Source: Candidatus Electrothrix sp. GW3-4
Lineage (GTDB): Bacteria; Desulfobacterota; Desulfobulbia; Desulfobulbales; Desulfobulbaceae
NCBI RefSeq assembly: GCF_037902255.1
Contig: NZ_CP147990.1
Span: 2,250,001 to 2,282,000 of the forward strand
Direction of reading: 5' to 3'
Length of the DNA stretch: 32,000 bases
Shown piece by piece: positions 8,406-16,346 of this stretch (within the stretch, counting starts at the first letter, position 1; each line of letters opens with the position of its first letter). Position numbers and translations under genes: made by a program. The notes under the pieces are model-generated. The model made no database searches, was not told where the DNA came from, and saw only the letters and a program-made list of their open reading frames with translations.

Positions 8406-9521
8406 ATGAAACTGAAAGTGTTGGCACAGGCTGCTGTTTTAGTCGTGCTGTCGGCGGGTGTCGCCTTTGCCGGAGGCAGAGCCTTCACCTGCGACGACTG
8501 CTCAGATGAATGTTTGGAAAATCCTTACAGCAAAGGGTGTCCGCCCGTTTGCAAGGATCCGGGATGTCAGGCATCCCAGACATCCTGCGATGACTGCTCA
8601 GATGAATGCAAAAAGAATCCCTATGGTGCGGATTGTCCAGAGATCTGTCGTGATGTAGCCTGTCAATCCTGCGAGGACTGTACCGACGAATGTAAGATCA
8701 ACCCCTATGGTGATGGCTGTCCAGATATATGCCGCGACATAAAATGCTACAGCTGTGACGACTGTTCTGTCGAGTGCATTGAAAATCCAGAAGGACAGGG
8801 ATGTCCTCCTGTATGTGACGAGCTGGGCTGCAATATCTGTGATAAATTCCCCACTGACTGCCCTGTCTCCTGTAAAGAAGGCTCCCCGGATCAGGAAAAC
8901 TGTCCGACTGAATGTCAGGATGTGCCGGAAGAGTGTCTGTCTGAGGATCCTAGTGGACTCAATGCAGAGATCACCTGTGACGACTGTCCGCCTGAGTGCG
9001 AAGACGACCCCTATGCAGAAGGGTGTCCGGCTGAATGCCAGGAGCTCAACTGTTATGGTGCTCCGGCAGGCCCGCTTCGTTTTGTCGGCGACCTCGGCTA
9101 TCTGCGCCTCTCAGATCCAGCGGATTACCTCTTTGCTCGCTTAGGCGTTGAGTACAGCCCCTTTACAGGTACATCTCTGGAGAACCTGTCTTTCCTGGCA
9201 ATGGCCGGTGCGGCTCCAAAGCTAGACGGCTCTGATGGAGACGATGCACTGTTGCTTGATGTCTTTGCCCAGTACAACTGGTCAGGAGCCTTTGATGGCT
9301 TTATTGGTCTTGGTTTCGGCGCTTGGATCACAGATAATGATAGCGACCTTGACTCTGATGACTCTGATCTCGATTTCCTGGCCAATATTGGTGCCCGTGT
9401 ATACGGAGACCCGGATGGTTTCAATATTTCCGTCTTCCTGGAGGCACGGAATGCGGTTGATGAGCTAAGCGACATGGATCAGTACGGACGATATGGTATC
9501 GGCCTGCGCTTTCAACGTTAA
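8406..9521 (+). CDS. Secreted protein with six 6-Cys modules fused to a C-terminal beta-barrel-like domain
   Basis: AGGAG lies 10 nt upstream of ATG 8406. Signal peptide MKLKVLAQAAVLVVLSAGVAFA. Six modules with pattern C-x2-C-x3-C-x8-C-x3-C-x4-C give 36 Cys (nt 8490-9053). The C-terminal 155 aa show alternating hydrophobic/Gly-Asp patterning and end in GIGLRFQR. Confidence 0.75.
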   Translation: MKLKVLAQAAVLVVLSAGVAFAGGRAFTCDDCSDECLENPYSKGCPPVCKDPGCQASQTSCDDCSDECKKNPYGADCPEICRDVACQSCEDCTDECKINPYGDGCPDICRDIKCYSCDDCSVECIENPEGQGCPPVCDELGCNICDKFPTDCPVSCKEGSPDQENCPTECQDVPEECLSEDPSGLNAEITCDDCPPECEDDPYAEGCPAECQELNCYGAPAGPLRFVGDLGYLRLSDPADYLFARLGVEYSPFTGTSLENLSFLAMAGAAPKLDGSDGDDALLLDVFAQYNWSGAFDGFIGLGFGAWITDNDSDLDSDDSDLDFLANIGARVYGDPDGFNISVFLEARNAVDELSDMDQYGRYGIGLRFQR

Positions 9522-9587
9522 AAACAGATATTTACACAATTTATCGCATGTAGATATATAATATAAGCGAAGAGTAACAGCTTGTGA

Positions 9588-9619
9588 GGGGCACAGGGTC
9601 ATCCTTGTGCCCTTTTTTT
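9588..9619 (+). terminator. Rho-independent terminator downstream of the Cys-rich protein gene
   Basis: GGGGCACAGGG-tcat-CCTTGTGCCC followed by TTTTTTT. Confidence 0.6.
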
Positions 9620-9706
9620 ATTACGCTCCGCAGCGTTTTTCCAATACCCCTTGTATAGCTCTGCTCGCCCCTGACCTGTTCCTGTCTCCCTAATTCCCCC
9701 TCCCTA

Positions 9707-9810
9707 GTACAGTCAGGCGCAAATTACCCTATTCTTTCTGGAGCCGCTTTCCCGTTCTTTACAAGGTAGTTTGCTGTGAAAAGTAGCGCAAGACTTACGC
9801 CGCACTGTAC
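9707..9810. mobile_element. 104-bp MITE derived from the IS630-family element at 13739-15124, in inverted orientation and flanked by TA
   Basis: The left end GTACAGTCAGGCGCAAATTACCCTATTCTTT matches the reverse complement of the IS right end GTACAGCGCGGCGCAAATAACCCTATGCTTT (26/31). The right end ...ACGCCGCACTGTAC matches the IS left IR. TA is present at 9705-9706 and 9811-9812. Confidence 0.65.
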
Positions 9811-10014
9811 TAGACTCTTCGCTCCAGAAAGCCGCGCTCAGACATGAGAGCATGCAAAAAACGTACAGAAAAAAACAGGGGAAATTCGCGCCGAATGCGC
9901 TTAATTTTTCTTACAGCTCAAATTTACTTGCAAGAGGGGGACTGGACTGCAAGAAGAGGCAAAAGGTGCTGAAGGGAAAGGCTTTGTCGGGCAGGGAGGA
10001 ATTGAAGAAGATAG

Positions 10015-10056
10015 AGGAGGGATAAAAACCAACACCGGTAACAGAATATCCCTCCT
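10015..10056 (-). terminator. Possible terminator hairpin downstream of the ferredoxin gene
   Basis: Perfect 10-bp inverted repeat AGGAGGGATA / TATCCCTCCT with a 22-nt loop. On the minus strand it is followed by a pyrimidine/T-rich CTATCTTCTTC, which is not a clean U-tract. Confidence 0.3.
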
Positions 10057-10121
10057 GAGAGTGGACAACGGCTCTACTGCAAGAGCAACGCCGTTGCCCC
10101 TCTCATCATCAACTGTGGTTC

Positions 10122-10307
10122 TTAAACCTCAGTAACGGTGATGGCATCTGCGTCACAAACCTCTACGCAGGTTTCACAACCCAGACATTCGTCTTCGTTG
10201 ACCGGATCAGCTTTTCCGTCAACGAGCTCGAAAACACCTGCCGGGCAGGATCCAACACACTCTTCACAACCTACACATTTATCTTTATCTACAACTACTT
10301 CAAACAT
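10122..10307 (-). CDS. 2x[4Fe-4S] ferredoxin (61 aa)
   Basis: Two cluster motifs, [12 protein letters not shown] and [17 protein letters not shown] Shine-Dalgarno sequence upstream. Confidence 0.9.
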   Translation of the reverse strand: MFEVVVDKDKCVGCEECVGSCPAGVFELVDGKADPVNEDECLGCETCVEVCDADAITVTEV

Positions 10308-10404
10308 TGTCCTTCTCCTTAGTAGCGGCCCTATAATGGACCCTTTTTATAAAAGTAACGTCACGATTAATTTTGTACAATATAACATGTACTGACTTTG
10401 GCAA

Positions 10405-10432
10405 AGATACCCTTAATATTTTTACTGTCAAT
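10405..10432 (-). promoter_or_regulatory. Candidate sigma-70 promoter for the ferredoxin gene
   Basis: On the minus strand: TTGACA, 16 bp spacer, TATCTT, within an AT-rich region about 95 nt upstream of the ATG. Confidence 0.3.
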
Positions 10433-10785
10433 ATTTTTTTTGCATGATCCGCTCAGTCAAATATTTCCTCATGCCTTACCAACATTCCTTGCGAGCAACA
10501 CAACGAAGTAACCAACAAACAATACAGGAAAAAAACAACATATCACACCTCTGCCTTTTCTCCTCCTTCCCAACGGCACATCAAGAATAAGACATATATT
10601 TAAGTGTACGTTCAGGTGTGCATTTCCCAATTAGATTAAAACACCTTTCGTTGAAGGATCAGCACTCTTCATTATCTACATTTTTCATCTACAAGGTTAA
10701 CCTATATCTTGACAAGATCTCCGCTTTATAGTAAACAAAGCTCACGGTGTTACAAAAAATAAAAAAATATTACCCACTATTCGTC

Positions 10786-11388
10786 ATGCATATTTCAGAA
10801 GGAATTCTTTCAGCACCGGTTTTGCTCAGCGGCGGAATAATTGCTGCGATAGGCACCTATATTGGGTTAAAAAAAATTGACCTCGAACAGGTCATGCCCG
10901 TTGCCCTCCTCTCTTCTGCCTTTTTTGTTGCTGGCCTGGTCCATGTTCCGCTCGGCCCCGGATCCGTGCATTTGATGCTGATCGGGCTCCTTGGGGTCAT
11001 GCTGGGGTGGGCCGCTTTTCCGGCTATCCTGATTGCTCTTTTTCTTCAGGCCCTGTTTTTTCAATTCGGCGGTTTTGCCGTTCTGGGCGTGAACACGGTC
11101 ACTATGGCTACTCCAGCCCTCTGCTGCTACTACCTGACTCGTTCTTGGATGAACAACCCTAAGACAAGACCTGCTGCCGCTTTTCTTGCTGGCTTCCTGG
11201 CTATTCTGCTGGCCTCGCTGCTGACCGCTTGCGCTCTCGCCCTGACAGATACCGGCTTCACAACTGCTGCCCAGCTCATTATCGCAGCCAATGTGCCAGT
11301 CATGATTATCGAAGGGAGCATCACCATGTTCACTGTCGGCTTCCTGGCCAAGGTCCAACCGGAAATTTTACACCTCAACTACGCATGA
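10786..11388 (+). CDS. cbiM: ECF-type Ni/Co transporter substrate-capture component (CbiM/NikM)
   Basis: N-terminal MHISEGIL (the metal-binding Met-His N-terminus is conserved in CbiM/NikM) and multiple TM helices. The ORF-track start at 10747 is a GTG that would bury this N-terminus. Confidence 0.85.
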   Translation: MHISEGILSAPVLLSGGIIAAIGTYIGLKKIDLEQVMPVALLSSAFFVAGLVHVPLGPGSVHLMLIGLLGVMLGWAAFPAILIALFLQALFFQFGGFAVLGVNTVTMATPALCCYYLTRSWMNNPKTRPAAAFLAGFLAILLASLLTACALALTDTGFTTAAQLIIAANVPVMIIEGSITMFTVGFLAKVQPEILHLNYA

Positions 11389-12011
11389 ACCGGTCTCGTA
11401 TCCTGACAGCACTCCTCTTTGCCGTATTGTTTTCGTTCTTCACGCTGCCAGCTGAAGCGCATAAGCTCAATGTCTTCTGTTGGGCTGGTGACACGGAGGT
11501 CTACGGAGAGGTATTTTTCAGCGGGGGGCGTAAGGCAAAAAATGTAGTGGTTCATGTCCAGGATGCCAAAACGCACACCCTCCTCCTCACAACCCGGACT
11601 GATGAGGAAGGAAAATTCCAATTCGTCCCGCCACAACAGGCCGTTCAACAAAAGCAGGGCCTCTTGATCACCGTGGAGACAGGTGATGGTCATCGCGGAG
11701 AATGGCCTCTGGCAGCAGACGAATACCTCTTGACAGAATCTGTTCCGCCTCCGACCGAGCAGCTGCCCATAAAAGAATCAGCAACAGCATCTGTCGATAT
11801 GGAGACTGTACGGGTTATTGTGCAGGTTATTGTGCGGCAAGAACTGGAGCGGGAACTGCTCCCCATTAAACGCGAACTGGCTGAAGCACGAGAAAAAAAG
11901 ATCAGCTCTCGGGATATACTTGGCGGGATAGGCTGCATTATCGGACTGGCAGGCCTGCTTGCCTGGTTGCAAGCAAATAAAAAAAAGAAGAAGCGTTCGA
12001 CAGATGGGTAA
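11385..12011 (+). CDS. NikL-like accessory component (signal/TM segment, prealbumin-like domain, C-terminal TM)
   Basis: ATGA overlap with the cbiM stop. Signal sequence LLFAVLFSFFTLPAEA|HK. The stretch VYGEVFFSGG..VVVHVQD..TRTDEEGKFQF looks like a CarboxypepD_reg-type domain. C-terminal TM ILGGIGCIIGLAGLLAWL followed by KKKKKR. Confidence 0.5.
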   Translation: MNRSRILTALLFAVLFSFFTLPAEAHKLNVFCWAGDTEVYGEVFFSGGRKAKNVVVHVQDAKTHTLLLTTRTDEEGKFQFVPPQQAVQQKQGLLITVETGDGHRGEWPLAADEYLLTESVPPPTEQLPIKESATASVDMETVRVIVQVIVRQELERELLPIKRELAEAREKKISSRDILGGIGCIIGLAGLLAWLQANKKKKKRSTDG

Positions 12012-12095
12012 AGGATCCATTGTCAAGAAAAGAGGATCTGAGTAAATTTTGATCCCAAAAAACAATACCTGATGTACAAAAAAGGAGTACGAACG

Positions 12096-12866
12096 ATGAA
12101 GATCAAAGCTGTTGCTGCAACTGCACTTTTTCTCGCCTGCATGACAGGAGAGGCCCTTGCCCACTTCGGGATGGTTATCCCTTCGGACAATATCCTGGAG
12201 CCCAAGAAAAAAAGTGTAAAATTGGACCTTTCCTTCTCACATCCCTTTGAGATAATCGGTATGGATCTGGTCAAACCCAAGGCCTTCTTCATGGTCGCAG
12301 GCGAGCAAAAGACCGACCTGCTGCCAGCACTTAAGGAAGCTAAGGTCATGGATCATGCTGCCTGGACAACCGAGGTGCCCATTAAACGCCCTGGCGTATA
12401 CACCTTTGTCATGGAGCCAACCCCGTACTGGGAACCGGCTGAGGATGTATCTATCATCCATTACACCAAAACCCTGATTGCTGCCTTTGGTGATGATCAG
12501 GGCTGGGATGAGCCCGTTGGTATTGCAACAGAGATCGTGCCACTGACCCGTCCTTTTGGCAACTATGCTGGCAACAGCTTTTCCGGGCAGGTTCTGCTCA
12601 ACGGCAAACCGGTTCCCGGGGCAGAGGTTGAAATAGAACTGTACAATAAAGATAAAAAATTCAGCGCCCCCAGCGACTACCACGTCACCCAGGTGGTCAA
12701 GGCTGACGAGAACGGTGTCTTTACCTTTGCCTGCCCCCAGGCGGGCTGGTGGGGATTTGCCGCGCTGAATGAGGCTGACTACACCATTAAGGATCCTGAA
12801 GGAAACGACAAAGGCGTTGAACTTGGTGCGGTTCTCTGGACCTACCTGGACGAATACAAAAAATAA
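12096..12866 (+). CDS. Periplasmic DUF4198 / NikK-like Ni/Co-binding component
   Basis: AGGAG lies 7 nt upstream of ATG 12096. Signal peptide MKIKAVAATALFLACMTGEALA|HFG. The mature-protein pattern is typical of COG5266/DUF4198 proteins found in nik/cbi ECF loci. Confidence 0.7.
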   Translation: MKIKAVAATALFLACMTGEALAHFGMVIPSDNILEPKKKSVKLDLSFSHPFEIIGMDLVKPKAFFMVAGEQKTDLLPALKEAKVMDHAAWTTEVPIKRPGVYTFVMEPTPYWEPAEDVSIIHYTKTLIAAFGDDQGWDEPVGIATEIVPLTRPFGNYAGNSFSGQVLLNGKPVPGAEVEIELYNKDKKFSAPSDYHVTQVVKADENGVFTFACPQAGWWGFAALNEADYTIKDPEGNDKGVELGAVLWTYLDEYKK

Positions 12867-12914
12867 CATTCCTCCCTTCCTTCCGGGGAGGGATAAACAC
12901 AAGATGGAATTTGG

Positions 12915-12940
12915 CCGGGCGACTCCAAGGAGTCACCCGG
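12915..12940 (+). other. Strong intercistronic hairpin between the nikK-like and cbiQ genes
   Basis: CCGGGCGACTCC-aa-GGAGTCACCCGG: 12-bp arms with one mismatch and no following U-tract. Confidence 0.5.
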
Positions 12941-12995
12941 TACTTTCATATAAAAACCTGTTGAACCTGCCAGTGCAGTTATGGTATGAGACCGC

Positions 12996-13739
12996 ATGAC
13001 CTTTGAACAGTTCAGTGACGGCACTTCATTTCTGCACCGGGCAGACCCTCGGGGCAAACTGATCAGCACTGGCGTGCTCAGCCTGATCATCGCCCTGAGT
13101 CAACGCTGGAACACAGCTTTTCTCGGCCTCCTGCTGGCATTTTTTCTTGTACTTGCAGCCCGCCTGTCATGGACAAAAATCGCTCGTCGCCTCCTGATCG
13201 TTAACAGCTTTAATCTCCTGCTCTGCCTTATTCTGCCCCTGACCTACACAGCCAACAACACCCTTTCGCTTCTCGGGATCACCCTCAGCAGCACCGGTTT
13301 GTTCCTCGCCCTGCTGATCACCGTTAAATCCAATGCTGTTATCCTGCTCTTTATCAGCCTACTGGCCACCTCCACGGCGGCCCAGCTCGGTCATGCCCTC
13401 CAGAAACTGGGCCTGTCACCGAAGCTCTGCCTGCTGCTGCTCTTTTCCTATCGTTATATAGCGCTTATTCAGCAGGAGTTGTTCCGCTTACAACGGGCAG
13501 CCCGCCTGCGTTGCTTTCAGCCAAAGACTAACCTGCATACGTATAGAACCTATAGTTACATGCTGGGCATGATGCTGGTCCGGAGCTGGAACCGAGCCGC
13601 ACGGGTGCAGCAGGCGATGGTATTACGTGGATTTTCCGGAGAATTTCATAATTTGCACGATTCCGGCAAGATGCAGAAAAAAGACCTGTTGCTATTGGTG
13701 ATTCTCCTGCTGGCCGGTTTCGGGTTGATGGTACTCTAG
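12996..13739 (+). CDS. cbiQ: ECF transporter transmembrane (T) component CbiQ/NikQ
   Basis: N-terminal FLHRADPRGKL, a hydrophobic body, and a conserved ARxxR-type loop (AARLRCF). The stop codon TAG (13737-13739) spans the IS630 insertion junction. Confidence 0.8.
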   Translation: MTFEQFSDGTSFLHRADPRGKLISTGVLSLIIALSQRWNTAFLGLLLAFFLVLAARLSWTKIARRLLIVNSFNLLLCLILPLTYTANNTLSLLGITLSSTGLFLALLITVKSNAVILLFISLLATSTAAQLGHALQKLGLSPKLCLLLLFSYRYIALIQQELFRLQRAARLRCFQPKTNLHTYRTYSYMLGMMLVRSWNRAARVQQAMVLRGFSGEFHNLHDSGKMQKKDLLLLVILLLAGFGLMVL

Positions 13740-15124
13740 TACAGCTCAGCGTAAATTAAACACTGCTTTTTTGCACAATAATATTGTATCATGAATCCTT
13801 TTTGATTGCGTATATTGACAACAATCTTGCAACACATGGATTCGAAAATGCCTACACCCAAATCGCCATCAATTGCTGTTTCCGAACAACAGAAAGAAAT
13901 TTTGTCAAAAATAGCTCGACAATCAACAGCTGATTTTCGTGAGGTAAGTCGGGCTTCTTTAATATTGGAGATTGAGAAAGGAAAACCGAACTCAAAGATT
14001 GCAAAAGTCATGAGTTGCAGTATCGACAAGGTTAAACATTGGAGATACAAGTGGCTGGCCAACCAAGATACTTTAATGCAAATAGAGACTGATCCCCAAA
14101 ATGCCAATCAGTTGGAAAAAAGTATTCGAGAAGTTTTAAAAGATAATCCGCGTCCGGGAGCACCAGTAACTTATTCTTCAGAACAATATTGTCAGATTTT
14201 AGCAGTTGCACTGGAGCATCCCGAAGAAAGCGGTCGTCCAATTTCTCAATGGAGCAGTAGGGAATTGGCGGATGAATGCAATAAGCGTGGGATAACCTCT
14301 GGAATTTCGGACCGTCAAGTGGGCCGATTTTTAAAAAGAAACCGATGTGAAACCTCATCATAGTCGGTATTGGCTCAATCCCAATCATGACAATGAAGAA
14401 CTGTTTGTTTTAGAAGTGAAAGATGTCTGTGAAACATACCACGAAGCTCCCCGAAAGGCGGTAATAAACGGCAGGCGAACCATCAGTATTGATGAAAATA
14501 CCGGAATACAGGCTCTTGAGAGGAAAAATCCGACAAAAAAGATAGAGCCGGGAAAGCCGGAGCGGATTGAGTTTGAGTACATCAGGCACGGAACACTCTC
14601 GCTCATTGCAAACTTTGACGTAGTGACCGGTGAAGTCGTCTCTCCCAGCATAGGAGACACTCGGGACGAACATGATTTTTGCGAACATATTCGAAGCCTT
14701 ATATTAAGCGATCCGGAAACTCGGGAGTGGGTCTTTGTGGCTGATCAGCTCAATACTCATAAGTCGGAATCACTTGTCAAGTTGGTCAGTGAATTATGCG
14801 AAATAAAAGATAATTTAGGCGTCAAAGGGAAACAAGGCATTTTGAAATCAATGAAAAGCAGAGCCGAATTTCTCAGGAAGAAAGACCATGCAATTCGCTT
14901 TGTTTATACCCCAAAACACTGTTCATGGCTCAATCAAGTAGAAATTTGGTTTGGTATTCTTACTAAGAAAATCATTAAAAGAGGTAATTTTACATCAAAA
15001 AAAGATCTCAGGAGTAAATTGCTCGACTTTATTGATTACTTTAATGCGACAATGGCAAAACCATACAAATGGACATTTAATGGGTTGCCGTTAAAAGCAT
15101 AGGGTTATTTGCGCCGCGCTGTAC
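13739..15124 (+). mobile_element. IS630-family insertion sequence (1386 bp) with TA target-site duplication
   Basis: Terminal IRs GTACAGCTCAGCGTAAAT (left) and ATTTGCGCCGCGCTGTAC (right) match at 15/18. TA is present at 13737-13738 and 15125-15126. An internal DDE transposase is present. Confidence 0.85.
13848..15102 (+). pseudogene. IS630-family DDE transposase split into two frames at TTTTTAAAAAG (14328-14338)
   Basis: The N-terminal HTH part (..EQQKEILSKIARQ..) ends at 14363. The DDE part (KPHHSRYWLNP..ADQLNTHKS..PKHCSWLNQVEIWF) continues in the +1 frame. Removing one A from the A5 run gives FLKETDVKPHHSRYWL, a typical contiguous junction. Confidence 0.8.
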
Positions 15125-15371
15125 TAGGTTCTAGTGCAATCGGACGCTATCGATAATACGGAACTGGACAGAGGACTGGCTTGGCCTATCCTTTTGGGCA
15201 GAGAAATCATTGATGATTATTTCTGTGTAATCCTCTCTGCAAGACTCAGGTGTGTGTAGCTCATTTGTAACCTCTGGAAATAGCTTTGGTACCTATTTTT
15301 AGAATGCACCTGAGTTCTGCTTTACTCAAAGATGTTCTTTGTATCAGATACCTGTGGCGGCTATGCACTTA

Positions 15372-16004
15372 TTATACGAATTCAGGCAAGAGCAAAAGTT
15401 CCTCTGGACGTTCTATGAGATAATCCGGTGAGAAACGTTTCAGGGCCTCAGCGTTATTATAGCCCCAGGTAACCGCAGCCACCCGCACCCCCGCCTTATG
15501 CGCGGCCTCAATATCCCTGCTTTCGTCACCAATATAGAGCACTTGATTGCGGTCCAAGCCGTATGTTCTAAGCATCTTCTCGATACGCCTCGCCTTGCCC
15601 CAAAGGCCCGAAGAGGTGGAAAAAAGATCAAAACATTCCACCTCGTTCAGCTTGAGAAAGGCCTGGACATTCTCGGAGGCATTGGAGGTGAGCAGGCCGA
15701 GTTGAATTCCCTGCGCCTGGAGTCCAATCAAGGTTTCCTTTATACCGGGCACCAGGGGGATTTCCGCCATCATTCTTCTGAACTCCTTTCTGACACGTTG
15801 GAGAACAAAAGGAAGCTTCGGGAGAGGGATATCCAGGGCTCGAACCACGTCCTGGGATTTCTTGTCGCGAAAGAACTCGATCTCCTCAGGCGCAACCACC
15901 CTAAACCTGCATTCTGTTGCTATCCTGTTCCAGACAGCCAAAAAGCTGCTAAAGGAATCTGCAATGGTGCCATCAAAATCGAAAATCATTTCCCGGTACG
16001 CCAT
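15372..16004 (-). CDS. HAD-IA family hydrolase (phosphoglycolate phosphatase-like)
   Basis: Motif I IFDFDGTIADS, motif II LLTSN, motif IV YIGDESRDIEAAHKAG. Confidence 0.8.
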   Translation of the reverse strand: MAYREMIFDFDGTIADSFSSFLAVWNRIATECRFRVVAPEEIEFFRDKKSQDVVRALDIPLPKLPFVLQRVRKEFRRMMAEIPLVPGIKETLIGLQAQGIQLGLLTSNASENVQAFLKLNEVECFDLFSTSSGLWGKARRIEKMLRTYGLDRNQVLYIGDESRDIEAAHKAGVRVAAVTWGYNNAEALKRFSPDYLIERPEELLLLPEFV

Positions 16005-16052
16005 GTTACCTCCGTTGTGAATAGACCTGACTTCAGCTGCTCGCTTTAACTA

Positions 16053-16081
16053 TTGCATAATTGGCAATTATACTCTATAAT
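16053..16081 (+). promoter_or_regulatory. Candidate sigma-70 promoter about 270 nt upstream of the PFOR gene
   Basis: TTGCAT (16053-16058), 17 bp spacer, TATAAT (16076-16081). Confidence 0.35.
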
Positions 16082-16346
16082 GATAAGTTTTTTTTCTTTT
16101 ATGAAGTAGTATTTTCAGCTCTGCCTCTGCGCATCAAAGGACACCAACCTACCAGAAAAACACTACTTTGTATCACGGAAACCTGCTTAGCATAACCAAC
16201 CTGTCGGGCAGGAACCCCTGAGACCGGGTCTTTTTCAACACACTGCATTACCTAATAAACAGCACCTGTTTATTAATTTTCGTTTTTTTCTTTTTTCGGC
16301 AACACCGCCGAAATACGTCAACCTCACGATTAAAGGGAGATTTTTT

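Noticed and set aside
8417-8432. TGGCAC..GCTG, resembling a sigma-54 -24/-12 promoter
   Set aside because: The GG-to-GC spacing is 10 instead of 12, and the site lies inside the coding region of the Cys-rich protein.
10745-10790. GTGTTAC half-site upstream of cbiM as a NikR operator, and a possible cobalamin riboswitch in 10400-10785
   Set aside because: No matching inverted GTAACAC half-site occurs at a plausible spacing, and I found no B12-box-like core (GCCACTG). My recollection of the operator consensus is also uncertain.
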